Below are positions 1 through 11,279 of a stretch of DNA of 28,802 nucleotides, piece after piece. The stretch comes from Methanobacteriota archaeon (GTDB lineage Archaea; Halobacteriota; Bog-38; Methanoflorentales; Methanoflorentaceae): positions 1-28,802 of the forward strand of contig CAVRAO010000004.1 in NCBI GenBank assembly GCA_963719035.1. The letters are read 5' to 3'. Under the pieces are notes generated by a model that worked only from the letters and a program-made list of their open reading frames with translations, had not been told where the DNA came from and searched no databases. The number at the start of each line of letters is the position of its first letter. Positions within the stretch are counted from its first letter, which is position 1. A program made the position numbers and the translations under genes.

Positions 1-361
1 GTTGTGCGTCTGCTATATAGGTGGCGAAGTCGCCCCGTGACGCTTTCATGGCGACCAAGACCGTGTCCTGCGGGTTGCTCGCAGAAGCGCTCAGGCTGTC
101 GATCGTGCTGTTGTAGATGGCAAGGAGCGCGCGAGCGTTGGAGAAGTTAGCGGCGGTCACGTTAGCGATGATGCCGTTGGAATCAATGGCAAGCGCGGCA
201 AAGAGCTTTAACTGGGTGGGGAAATCAAACCCGCTACTCGGTGCGGGACTGACCTCGGTGTGTGACGGCACGTCCTTCGCCGCGGCAGCCCCTGTGGCGA
301 TGAGCAGAAAAATGAGACACACAGCACACGATGTTCGAGCGAGCTGTCGTTGATAGCGCAA
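1..361 (-). CDS. Secreted/membrane-anchored protein, N-terminal part only, running off the window edge (possibly DUF4129-type by gene context)
   Basis: Not in the ORF track. Manual translation from TTG at 361, preceded by GGGGGT: MRYQRQLARTSCAVCLIFLLIATGAAAA-KDVPSHTEVSPAPSSGFDFPTQLKLFAALAIDSNGIIANVTAANFSNARALLAIYNSTIDSLS..., open to the edge. It has a signal-peptide pattern and several N-x-S/T sequons. The family guess rests on context only. Confidence 0.7.
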   Translation of the reverse strand, partial: MRYQRQLARTSCAVCLIFLLIATGAAAAKDVPSHTEVSPAPSSGFDFPTQLKLFAALAIDSNGIIANVTAANFSNARALLAIYNSTIDSLSASASNPQDTVLVAMKASRGDFATYIADAQ

Positions 362-419
362 AGATTACCCCCAAAGTGAACACTGGACCGAGTGATCTAG
401 CAGAAACTAGCACAAAGGA

Positions 420-435
420 AGTATAAAAATGCTCC
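420..435 (-). promoter_or_regulatory. Putative archaeal TATA box for the gene starting at 361
   Basis: Minus strand reads GGAGCATTTTTATACT about 60 bp upstream of the TTG start. Confidence 0.35.
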
Positions 436-597
436 TTCATCCGCTCGATGGAAACAGAACCGATCCACCGGCCAATGAGCGTGTCGAGCTCTGAACGACG
501 GGAAAAAGAAGGTGCGCCGCCCGGCTTGGGAAGCTGCATGCGACTGACGAGACGAGGATCGCGTCCGCCGGACGTTGGGCCGCGAGTTGCCCTGAGC

Positions 598-921
598 TTA
601 GTGCAAGAACGGAAGCGCCTGTTGAACTATCAGGATCACAAAAACGATGAGGCATATAACCATAAAGGCAACGATGTTCCTTCTCCAACCTGCCCGAAAA
701 CGTGGATCCGTGAGTTCAATTACGCCGAGGAATTCAATTACGAGGAGCACGATGAAGATCTGAACAGTATAGACCTGAAGCACAATCAGTGCAAAGATGG
801 TAACAAAGACCAGCGTCAATAGGGCGTACACAAAGCGCTGCTCCTGCGTCAGCTTCGTACCGAGAACTGCATCGCGGCACAACATTGACAGCGATGCTAT
901 AAAAACGTGGCCGTTTGTCAA
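598..921 (-). CDS. Small integral membrane protein (~3 TM) of the type found next to DUF1616 in archaeal surface-glycan loci
   Basis: Hydrophobic ORF with the pattern FIVLLVIEFLGVIELTDPRFRAGWRRNI followed by another TM helix. The true start is probably somewhat downstream of 921. Confidence 0.7.
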   Translation of the reverse strand: MTNGHVFIASLSMLCRDAVLGTKLTQEQRFVYALLTLVFVTIFALIVLQVYTVQIFIVLLVIEFLGVIELTDPRFRAGWRRNIVAFMVICLIVFVILIVQQALPFLH

Positions 922-986
922 TCGTCCGGAAAGCCGAAACGAATACAGAGCGCATAGTCGTTGTTCTCGCCCTGATTGGGACCGTG

Positions 987-1880
987 TTAGCGACCGCTTG
1001 TGACGTTTGTGACCAAGTAGGCCTCTCTATAGGGGGTTGTCATACTGTCGTCACGGTCAGCAGAAAGTCAAGCCGCTCGTTGTTGCCGGAGCGATTAGGC
1101 GTTAACGATATCGCTTTTTCAGACGTTTGACCGTTGCCAACCATCTGCCGTCCGGATAGCAGGGTGGTGGAGTTTTGCGTATCATTGAGGCTGACGATGA
1201 GCGTGTAGGTCACGTCGCGGTTTTCGTGATTGACGATCCCAACGACTGCTGATTGCGCCTGCCCAACTGTTAAGTTTGCAGGGTACCCCTGCATCTTGCC
1301 AGTGGGTCCTAGAAGGTAGAACTCGGTGTAGCTTTCGCGCGGAGCAGGAGTGACGAGAGAGTAGCCCAACGCTGATGCTGAGAAAAGGATAGAAAGGCCG
1401 AGGATGACGAGCAAGCCGCGCTGTAACCGGTTGTAATTGCTCAGCCGGAGGCCTCTTGCCAACGTTAAAACGGTGCCGAAGTCAAAAGAGAATCGTTCCT
1501 GCCGCGGGAGCGCGTGCCTTCGGGCGTAAGCGATGAGCACTGTTGCGATGACGACAAGAAAGATGCCCGTCACAATTGATAGCACCGTGAGGGCCCATTG
1601 GGTAAAGTTGAGGAAGTACGCTGTCAACGGCACGACTGCAATGCTAAGCCCAAATGAGAATCCCACGCGTTCTAAACCGGAAATGTCGGTTTTGCCCGGA
1701 AAAAGGGCAGCAACGAGGGAATAGCCAGGCACGAAGAGTAGTACAGGCGTCTCAATTACGGCGCGAATGGCGGTGCCGCTCAGTTGAGGCACTGCGCCGA
1801 ACGCGAGCCCGACCAATGCTATAGCAACTGCAACTCTAGATCCCCATCTGATTTAGCCATGGCGTCTGAGTGGTTTGCAC
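987..1880 (-). CDS. DUF1616 domain membrane protein (frameshifted near both ends)
   Basis: ORF 1040..1816 has LLFVPGYSLVAALFP, LERVGFSFGLSIAVVPL and ESYTEFYLLGPTGKMQGYPANL...GIVNHE. The C-terminus continues in another frame as ...TPYREAYLVTNVTSGR* (stop 987-989). Probable GTG start at 1880. Confidence 0.88.
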
Positions 1881-1999
1881 AAAGTTGTGAGCCTCGATTC
1901 TCGTACAACGCTTCTAAACGCTTAAGTTTATGCTTCAGGTTGGTAGTCTGCTGGCCCTGTGATGGATATGCCGCCCAAACGCGTGCCGCTTTTTTTCCT

Positions 2000-3927
2000 T
2001 CAGCGGCTTTTCAGCCAATAGTCGAGTCGATTTGCCAAATAACTATTTTCATATCCAGCGACTAACCCGCCATCGTAAACGCGCGCTCCCAAACTAGTCG
2101 TGTTTCCCTGTGGCGGAGTGAACGTGTCATTGACCGGAATGACGCCGACGTGATAAAAGCCGTCTAGCGTGTAGTTGGTGCCAGCTGCGCCGCTAATGAG
2201 AAGCAGCGCGTTAGAGGTGCTGTGTTTCGTTTGATTCGCGGCGATTAAGTCGGCATAGTAGTAGAAGCGCGAAGCTTGGATATAGGCGGTATCGCTGATA
2301 GTGTCATTGTTGCTCTTGTGAACGGTAGTATTTATTGCCGACAGCTCCGAGCTCGTGAGCGAGTAGCGCTCCCAGGGGGGGCTGCCTAGCAGGTGGTTAT
2401 CGACGTTTGCCGTCGGGCTAGAACCATGATAAGTGCCAGGAAGGCCACAGCCGCGCTTAAGAAGAGCGATTTCGCTTTCATGTTGCGTGTATATTTGGAC
2501 ATTCCAGCAGCGTGACTCCCAGCGGCACAGCATATAGTATCTGAGATAAAAAGACCCACCTTTCCGGTCAAGAAAAGTCCCGAATGCTCTCGAAAAGCCG
2601 AGGATCGCGGGGATTACACCAACTGCTATAAAGACGAATGCGCGCGGGCTGCCGAACTTCTTCGAAATCATATAGAAACAACCGATGAGGGCGAGCGCAA
2701 GAAATGCGCAATGCCGGCTGCCCGCAGTGATAGCTCCCACAGAGGTTGACTCGGAAGATAGACGACATCAGCCGTTGAAAAGGTGCTGAACTGCGAGTAA
2801 TAAACCCAGCTTGCGATAGACTTGAACGAGCCTGATGCATACGCCCACCACCCTAACATCGCCACAATGAAACCCGTTGCGAGGGTGAGTGAAAGTATGG
2901 TCCGCGGAGCGTGGTCGTTCAGCTTTCGGTAAAAGAGCGCGGCTATCAGGCCTGACAGAAGTATGAGTGCCATCGCCATTGCTGAGAGTGTATGGGTCAA
3001 TATGAGCGTGCTCATGACAATCAAAATGACAATCAGATTGCTGCCCCTGTTTCGGCCCCAGATCGTGAAGAGCATGTATAGCGAAACAACCAAGAGGGTG
3101 GCCCCCAACGTATTAGGCACTGCTGCGAATCCGAAGTAAATGAATTCGTTTGCCACAACAAGTAATAATCCCCCGAGCAGCCCTGCCCTGGCGTTTATCA
3201 GCGATTTTCCAAAGAGAAAAGTGAACAGCACGGCGATGATTACGAGGGAGGCTCCCACTGACAGCGTCGTGGCCCACTTGTAATCGAGGGAGGTCAGGAG
3301 CGAAGTAGCGGCCACTTCGAGGTTAAACATGGGGAGAGCCCCGTATGTGCGCGTATAAAGGCCGGGATACTGGCTCACCGTCGGAATATGCGCCCAGCGA
3401 AGGATCTGCCACGTGAACTGCTCAAATCCCCAGGAATCCGGTCCCACAACGTTGGGGAAGATGACCAACTGGGAGATCTGCGAAAGAACTCCGACCGTTA
3501 TTATTTGCGTCAAAGTGAGGACGGCGCTTCTCGCAGTGGCGTTATACGCCATCACCTCAAGGGCAATCGCTCCCGCCATAAGCGCGACGAAAACAAAATA
3601 AGCAAGGGGACGGACGTAGACCTGGGTCGGAGGTGCACCGAGAGAATCGCACATCCGAAAAAAACGAAAAAGAGGACGTTTCCGAGCAGGAACAAGGTTT
3701 GATTATCCGGCGGGTTCAGGTCTTTTAGAGAGTTGTCACTCCGCACGCATAGCCAAACAACGCATAGATGAACCCGATTGAACCAAGAAAAAGATAGTAG
3801 GTGTTGTTCGCAAGTGAGGGGGATGATAAGTGCAATCACGCCTGCAACAATATATTGCTGCGGAGAGCACTGCACCAGCTAAAGCGAGAAGCCGATCGAG
3901 ATCTCCGCCTGTGTTACGCAGTTTCAT
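2000..3927 (-). CDS. Large polytopic membrane protein, GT-C-fold glycosyltransferase/polymerase-like (DUF2206/DUF6541-like), frameshifted
   Basis: ORFs 3736..3927, 3552..3875, 2668..3654, 2386..2571 and 2000..2740 join into one ~640-aa hydrophobic protein. It has an extracellular loop GPDSWGF with Asp, Y..LPMFNL, ILTHTLS, and a soluble C-terminal domain ending ...RVYDGG. Confidence 0.7.
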
Positions 3928-4052
3928 CGTTGGGCTTCCTCACCTTTGCTTACGCTTCATAGATTTCGCGCGAATGCGCGTCGCGAAGGTTATAGCGGGC
4001 GCGGGGCTCTCATCAACGCCTGTAGGGTTCGTCATTCGCTATGAATCTTCAA

Positions 4053-4068
4053 CTACTTAACGCTTCAC
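4053..4068 (-). promoter_or_regulatory. Putative BRE + TATA for the membrane-protein gene
   Basis: Minus strand reads GTGAAGCG-TTAAGTAG about 125 bp upstream of the ATG at 3927. Confidence 0.35.
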
Positions 4069-4518
4069 ACCTTCCCCCCGCATCGAACGTGTGCTTCGCC
4101 TGCAAAAGCTTTCTTCTGAAGCGTTTATACTAATCGAAGCAGCACATAACTGGTTTTGTCGCCGACTACATAGTGAGCTACTTTTAGCGTTGAATCGATG
4201 CTACGCACCGCCCCGCCCGCTGCCTAAGACGATTAATATCTGCTTTAAGCGAATTCAACTGCGGCGATAAGGTCACACATTTTAACGGATTTCCAACCGA
4301 TTTCGCTCTAGGCGACCGTCCGACCCGCTATAACTTCGTGCAATTTCTTTTCTTCCGTGGTGGAGCTTTAGAAGATCGGGTTGATGGGCTTCTTCGCCTA
4401 GTATCGTTCGGCGAAGCAAATTGATGCAACGCCGATAAAGCTGCCTGTGGGTAAATCAGCAAATCGTGCCAAAAAAAACGTAGAGGGAATCCGCAACGCG
4501 TTTCAAGCAGGAAGACGC

Positions 4519-7500
4519 TTAAGTGGTGCCGACGGTGACGCGGAGGCCGGCTTTGGAAGCGGCGTTGGAGGTGTCGCCGTAGAAGGTCGCTTGGTAGAGG
4601 TAGGTGCCCTGGGTGGCCTCGCTGTGGGTGAAGGTGTAGCCCCCTGAGGAGTTGGTGGTAACGGTGGCAGGGGTAGACCATTGTCCGTTAGGGTCCTGTT
4701 GGACGAGGGCGATCGTTTTGCCGGCGAGGGGGGTGCCCGTTGAGGTGGCCTTGAGGGTGCCCGAGAGGGTGAAGGAGTTGCCTATGGCGGGGATGGCATT
4801 AGACGTTTTAATAGAGAGGGTCGTGGCTTGGAGCGTGCCGACGGTGACGCGGAGGCCGGCTTTGGAAGCGGCGTTGGAGGTGTCGCCGTAGAAGGTCGCT
4901 GGTAGAGGTAGGTGCCCTGGGTGGCCTCGCTGTGGGTGAAGGTGTAGCCCCCTGAGGAGTTGGTGGTAACGGTGGCAGGGGTAAACCATTGTCCGTTAGG
5001 GTCCTGTTGGACGAGGGCGATCGTTTTGCCGGCGAGGGGGGTGCCCGTTGAGGTGGCCTTGAGGGTGCCCAGAGGGTGAAGGAGTTGCCTATGGCGGGGA
5101 TGGCATTAGACGTTTTAATAGAGAGGGTCGTGGCTTGGAGCGTGCCGACGGTGACGCGGAGGCCGGCTTTGGAAGCGGCGTTGGAGGTGTCGCCGTCGAA
5201 ACCTGCCTGGTAGAGATAAGCGTCTTGAGTCCCCTCACTGAGCGTGAAGGTGTAGGCACCGTTAACGTCTGTGGTCGCAATGACGCCGAGGTTGGACCAT
5301 CGGCCGGCGGAGTTTTGTCGTTGGAGGAGAATCGATTTGCCCGACAGAGGATCATTGTTAGCCTTGGCTTTTAGGGTACCCGAGAGTGTGAAGGACTGAC
5401 CGACTGACGGGTTGGCGTTGGACGCTTTAGAGAGAGCACGGTGGGTTGCAGCGTACCGATGGCGACGCTGACACCAGAAGATTCGATGCTAAGATAGTCC
5501 TGATCGCCGAGGAACTTAGCGGTGTATTTGTGAGGATCCACCCAACGTTGGGCCCGCGTTAGTGTGTAGTAGCCGTTTGCATCGGTGTATCGTTGCGCGA
5601 GCAGTATCAAGTCCTGCCCACTGGGACTGTGCCGGTAGATTTCAAGCTGCTTATCGTGGAGGGGAATGCCGTTCGTATCGCGGAGGTACCTGAGAGCGTG
5701 AACACTTCGTTGATGGCCGGGTTGGAGTCTGACGTCGCGATGGAGATAGTGGCAGATTTAAGGGTGCCAACGCCAACTTGCGTCCCTCCCGATGAGCCGG
5801 CATACTGTGCGTCACCCTGGAACCAGAATTCATATCGATACGTGCCAGGAGTTTGCTCCGTATACGTGGCGACATAGCGGCCGTTAACGTCGGTCGTCGT
5901 GCTCCCGAGCGATTTCCAGGCCCCTGAGGGTAGGCGGCATTGTTTGTCAATCTTCTTTCCTGACAGTCCTATTCCTTCTGCATTCATCAAATATCCGGTA
6001 TACGTGAATGCTTGACCTACCGCTGGACTGCTATTAGAGACACTTATGGAAAGCGTGGTTGTTTGTAGGTTGCCGACGATCACCGGGTCGAGGACCATCG
6101 AGCTGCATGCCAAATAGGTTGTGTCGCCGTAGAAATCGACTGAATACGCATAGGTGCCGGCGACAGATTCGCTATAGGCTAGCTCAAAGTAGCCGGAGGC
6201 ATTGGTGGTTACGGTGCCGATAACCGTTGCTGCCGCGCCAGAGTTCTTGCGGCCGATTTGCACGTGCTCCCCTGCGAGCGGAGCACCCGTGGTTCCGTCT
6301 TGGAGCCATCCTAAAGGAGGGATGACTGGCTAACGGCAAGCGTAGTGTTCACCGTGAAGAGGCTCACCGTCGACTTTTTGAGATTGCCGATGTTAACGGA
6401 CAGTGAGGCAGCGGATAGCGAGTAGGAGGCGTACCCATTGAAACTGACGTAATACAAGTAGCTGCTTGGAGTGGCCTCGCTGCGGAAGAAACGATAGACG
6501 CCGTTATGTCGGTGGTGGCGGTCCCAAGATTAGTCCACTGCGCGCTTGCGTCTCTTCGGAGGAGGGCGATCGTTTTGCCGGCGAGGGGAGTGCCCGTTGA
6601 GGTGGCCTTGAGGGTGCCTGAGAGGTTGAATTCTTGGTTGGCGTTGGGGGTGGTGTTAGAGGCCGCGATGGACACGGTGGTCGATTGGAGCGTGCCGACG
6701 GTGACGCGGAGGCCGGCTTTGGAAGCGGCGTTGGAGGTGTCGCCGTAGAAGGTCGCTTGGTAGAGGTAGGTGCCCTGGGTGGCCTCGCTGTGGGTGAAGG
6801 TGTAGCCCCCTGAGGAGTTGGTGGTAACGGTGGCAGGGGTAGACCATTGTCCGTTAGGGTCCTGTTGGACGAGGGCGATCGTTTTGCCGGCGAAGGGGGT
6901 GCCCGTTGAGGTGGCCTTGAGGGTGCCCGAGAGGGTGAAGGAGTTGCCTATGGCGGGGATGGCATTAGACGTTTTAATAGAGAGGGTCGTGGCTTGGAGC
7001 GTGCCGACGGTGACGCGGAGGCCGGCTTTGGAAGCGGCGTTGGAGGTGTCGCCGTAGAAGGTCGCTTGGTAGAGGTAGGTGCCCTGGGTGGCCTCGCTGT
7101 GGGTGAAGGTGTAGCCCCCTGAGGAGTTGGTGGTAACGGTGCAGGGGTAGACCATTGTCCGTTAGGGTCCTGTTGGACGAGGGCGATCGTTTTGCCGGCG
7201 AGGGGGTGCCCGTTGAGGTGGCCTTGAGGGTGCCCGAGAGGGTGAAGGAGTTGCCTATGGCGGGGATGGCATTAGACGTTTTAATAGAGAGGGTCGTGGC
7301 TTGGAGCGTGCCGACGGTGACGCGGAGGCCGGCTTTGGAAGCGGCGTTGGAGGTGTCGCCGTAGAAGGTCGCTTGGTAGAGGTAGGTGCCCTGGGTGGCC
7401 TCGCTGTGGGTGAAGGTGTAGCCCCCGAGGAGTTGGTGGTAACGGTGGCAGGGGTAAACCGTTGCCCGTTAGGGTCCTGTTGGACGAGGGCGATCGTTTT

Positions 7501-7841
7501 GCCGGCGAGGGGGGTGCCCGTTGAGGTGGCCTTGAGGGTGCCCGAGAGGGTGAATTCTCGGTTGGCGTTGGGGGTGGTGTTAGAGGCCGCGATGGACAGG
7601 GTGGTTTCTTCAACCGACAACGAGGCGTCCCCCACAGCTTGACTGTAGGTTGCTCCGATTTTGATACGTTGTCGGCTGATCCAAAGGTCAGCGGTTGATC
7701 ATTCGCTTCGACCCGAGCTGCGTTGGACTGGCCATTTGCCAATGCAAAACTGGACTTTGTTCCAATGCACGATCCGACGTTGCACAATAACAAGATCGAA
7801 ATCACAAGAGCGGCAGCGGCAACCTTTGTTTTTGTCGACAT
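4519..7841 (-). CDS. Large secreted surface protein (~1100 aa) with about ten tandem ~103-aa Ig-like/carboxypeptidase-regulatory-like beta-sandwich domains, multiply frameshifted
   Basis: ATG at 7841 preceded by GCGGGGT, signal peptide MSTKTKVAAAALVISILLLCNVG. Repeated unit TLQATTLSIKTSNAIPAIGNSFTLSGTLKATSTGTPLAGKTIALVQQDPNGQWSTPATVTTNSSGGYTFTHSEATQGTYLYQATFYGDTSNAASKAGLRVTVG, with diverged homologous units at about 5200-6560. Stop TAA at 4519-4521. Confidence 0.85.
4526..5196. repeat. Tandem 309-bp coding repeat, block A (~2.2 copies)
   Basis: Landmark GTGCCGACGGTGACGCGGAGGCC occurs at 4526, 4835 and 5142 (spacing 309, then 307 with two 1-nt deletions). Confidence 0.95.
6562..7605. repeat. 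Tandem 309-bp coding repeat, block B (~3.4 copies), near-identical to block A
   Basis: The same landmark occurs at 6692, 7001 and 7308. A second segment (GGTTGGCGTTGGGGGTGGTGTTAGAGGCCGCGATGGACA) is shared between ~6636-6674 and ~7561-7598. Confidence 0.95.
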
Positions 7842-7924
7842 TTACCCCGCTTCACCGAAGTGTCACACCGTTACGACGAGCGTCTCAAATTGCGTTTATT
7901 TTACTGAAGAATGGTTGAAATAGG

Positions 7925-7937
7925 ACATAAACGTTTC
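7925..7937 (-). promoter_or_regulatory. Putative BRE + TATA for the surface-protein gene
   Basis: Minus strand reads GAAACG-TTTATGT about 85 bp upstream of the ATG at 7841. Confidence 0.35.
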
Positions 7938-8407
7938 TTTGTTGATTATTGTCAATATAGCCTTTTTTAGACAACTGCAAACGCAATTAACGCCGGTGCG
8001 CGCTCATTCCTGTTGAATACCAAGTCATTGGCACGCAACTTTCAAGAGTTGGTCCAGCGATGTCAAACGCATAAGCGTTGCTTCACGATTCCGAGCATTC
8101 TGCGTGTGGCGAGGCTAGAATATCAATGCACGCCAATGGAATAGTGCGCGCCGCATAATCGCACTGTTGAGGCGTCTAAGATCCTGAGGGAATCGCGGAA
8201 ACGAACTCATTTATCAAAGTTCACCACAAATGAGGGAGCTGACACAGGTCAACATTGCACGAAGCCGATACAGCTATAGCGCTTCGCACAACTGCAATGA
8301 GTGTGATGCTTTCCAAACGCATCTGAAGTTGCGCTGCGTGCTCAATAAGGCGTTTCGAAAAACTCCACATCATTAAAAATGGAGCAAAGAGGATGGTCGT
8401 GACGCAA

Positions 8408-9894
8408 ATGGTCTCGAATCTCGGCAGCCCCCCAAAAAGACTGGACACCGTGCACTCTTTGCTCAGCGAATGGGGTTAACAGCAATAGCGAACATCGCTG
8501 TCGTTCTTAGTAACATCATTCTGCTCCCAATTCTAAACCAAGACATTTCCGATAGAGGCGTATGGAAGTTGGTCTTTGGTGATGGTCACAACCAATCTTG
8601 TGCCGAGCTTCACGACTCTAGGGCTAACGATCTCCTTGGTCCGATTTCTGTCCGGATCGACGGATAAGAAACACATTCAAGAGGGTTTCTATTCGATGGC
8701 ATTTCTGATCTTGCTTACAAGTAAGATTGCCGCCGGGCTTTTCTTTGTGTTTGCGCGGCAAATAGCCGCGAGTCTTTTTGGCGGCGATCTCACGGCTGCG
8801 TTGTGCTGGCCCCAAACATCTTTTTGGCGTGCTTCATTTACTGGCTTCCCAACTACTTTCGGGCATTCCACCAGATAAAAAAGTTCGCGATTCTTATCGT
8901 TTCTCAAGCCTATCTAAATACGGCCCTCATGGGTATTTTGTCCTGTCGGGCCAAGGGCTAAAGGGAGCGTTGATCGGACTTCTGGTCCAACAGCTATTCG
9001 AGTTGGTCGTTATCGCTTACATCGTTACGCGCGAGATCGGCGTTATCATCCCTACATTTTCGTATGTGAGAGATTACCTCAGCCTCGGCATACCCCTTGT
9101 TCCGTCAAGCATCTCCAGCTGGGTCGTAGTCAAGCGATCGCTATCTGATCGGCTTATTACTTGGTATACAGCAGTCGGCTATTATTCACCACCTATGCTC
9201 TCGGGACTACCCTCATACTTGTCGCCTACCCCTTTTCACAGATCGTGGGCCCAGCGGTAACGAAGTATTACGAGCAGAATAACCTCGAGGAGGCACGGGT
9301 GATCTTGAAGTATTCATTTAATGGTCCCTATTGTGGCATCGGGATACCGACCGTATTTGCGTTATCTGTCTTTTCAAGGCCCCTGCTGATCATACTGACC
9401 ACACAAGAGATAGCAACGAACGGATATTTGGTCACTCCTTTCGTTGCGCTCGGAGCAATGCTCTTTGGCGCGTATCAAGTGATCGGTCAGGGGATTACGT
9501 TGAAAAAGAAGACTATCCTCACAGGCATGATATGGACGCTAAGCGCTGGCGTAAATCTTGGATTGAACTTGCTAGCCATCCCTTATTTGGCATCGTAGGC
9601 GCTGCAGCGACTACGCTGCTGGCCTATTTGTGCGCTTTCGTGCTTGCGACGTTTTATTCGCTGAGATTATTTGCGTTCGACGTCAGCGGTAGATTCATTC
9701 TGAAGAGCGTTGGTGCCTCTATTGCTGGATCGATCATCCTTCTTTTATGGAATCCATCTCGATTACCAAGCATATTTGCAGCCATTTTGCTCTTTGCAGC
9801 TCTCTATCTCGGTATGCTATTTTTGATGCGAGGTATCACCGTATATGAGATCAAATTCTTTCTGCGGGCGTTTGCTCGCGGGGAAGCTGCTTGA
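8408..9894 (+). CDS. Oligosaccharide/polysaccharide flippase (Wzx/RfbX, MOP superfamily), frameshifted
   Basis: ORFs 8470, 8576, 8778, 9161 and 9331 join into a ~490-aa multi-TM protein: LFAQRMGL...NIILLPIL, TLGLTISLVRFL, YLSLGIPLVPSSISSWVV, AVGYYS, NLGLNLLAIP..GIVGAAATTLLAY. The start is approximate. Confidence 0.9.
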
Positions 9895-10350
9895 CAGTTG
9901 GGTTGACAGTAATTGCTCACCGAGATTGAAACTGGGCCCTAGGCTTTCCTGTCTCATTCATTTAGCTCCTCAGGAGTTCCCAACCAATCGGCAAGCGATC
10001 TCGTATAAAGTGTAGCAAAAAGAAGCGGTACAGATCAACCCTTAAGGTGACGGGAAAAATGATCGATTGGAGCGTTACGTCAACCATCGCGATTACGGAC
10101 TGCGGCCACGAGCATCGCAATCAGATTCGGCACGAAGCACTCCCTGCACTGTCAACGGCCGATTTCAGAAGGAAGGGCAGAACGGGGACAAAACAACCTG
10201 GGCAAAATAAAAGCGATACATACTTCAAGTTCTTATTCGCAGAAAGACCAACATAATCATACCACGCCACATTTCAGTGACTTGCCGCACGTGCATCGGC
10301 CGCTAGTTCGCTGAAAATCAGTAAAGTGTGCAAAAAATGTGGGGAGTTAA

Positions 10351-11279
10351 ATGCGGGCATTAGTCACGGGATGCGCAGGATTCATCGGGTCGCACCTCAC
10401 GGATAGACTTTGCGAGAGGGTTGCGAGGTCATTGGAATTGACTGTTTCGCCGATTATTACTCTCGAGAACTAAAAGAAAAAAATTTAGAGTTAGCCAAAG
10501 AGTTTGAAAACTTCACGTTTGTCAAGAAAGACATTCTAAAGGTGCACGAGTTCCCAAAGTTGGGATAACGTTGTCACATGGCAGCACAACCGGGCGTCCG
10601 TGCATCGTGGGGTAAGAATTTCACAGCGTATTCACGAAACAACATTGAAGCGACGCAGTGGCTCCTTGAGTTTTACGCATCCGAGCGCATTAATAAGTTT
10701 ATATATTCCTCATCTTCTTCAGTATATGGTGACTCCACGCTGCCGATGCGGAGGACTCCCTGCCAAGCCCATCTCACCTTACGGTGTCACCAAGTTAGCA
10801 GCTGAGCATCTCTGCTATCTGCACTGGAAAAGCTTCAACGTCCCAACGTTGTCGCTGCGCTATTTTACGGTGTACGGTCCAAGACAACCCCTGACATGGC
10901 AATTCATAGATTCATAGCAGCACTAGAGAGCGAAGCAACGATAGCTGTTTACGGAGACGGAACGCAGACGAGGGACTTCACTTATATAAGTGACGTTATT
11001 GAGGCCCTCGTATTGGCTGGTAAAGCTGAGTTCTGTGGTGAGACGTTTAATGTAGGCGGCGGGACCCAGATAAGCGTAAACGAGCTTATCGCGAAAATCG
11101 AGCATATCACCCAAAAGGATGCTCACGTAGAACGCTTTGCGAATCAGAAAGGCGATGTAAAAAACACGCAGGCGGACATAAGCAAGGCCGAGGACTTGTT
11201 AGGTTGGACACCGCACACTCCGATCGACGAGGGGCTTGAAGCGTATGCTCGCTGGTGCAGCGAACGTCGCAGGAGATAG
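10351..11279 (+). CDS. NAD-dependent NDP-sugar epimerase/dehydratase (UDP-glucose/UDP-glucuronate 4-epimerase-like, extended SDR), frameshifted
   Basis: ATG at 10351 after GGGGAG. Motifs [16 protein letters not shown] (GxxGxxG), [27 protein letters not shown] (YxxxK), [11 protein letters not shown] and [13 protein letters not shown]. Confidence 0.93.

Noticed and set aside
4526-7605. CRISPR array or diversity-generating retroelement template/variable repeats
   Set aside because: The repeats are contiguous 309-bp in-frame coding units without unique spacers. Differences are not adenine-specific, and there is no reverse transcriptase or cas gene.
4328-7642. Repeated ORFs such as MVYPCHRYHQLLRGLHLHPQRGHPGH... 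and the plus-strand MVVTVAGVDHCPLGSC.../MERADGDAEAG... as repeated peptide precursors
   Set aside because: They are alternative-frame or antisense shadows of the Ig-like repeat gene, produced by indels.
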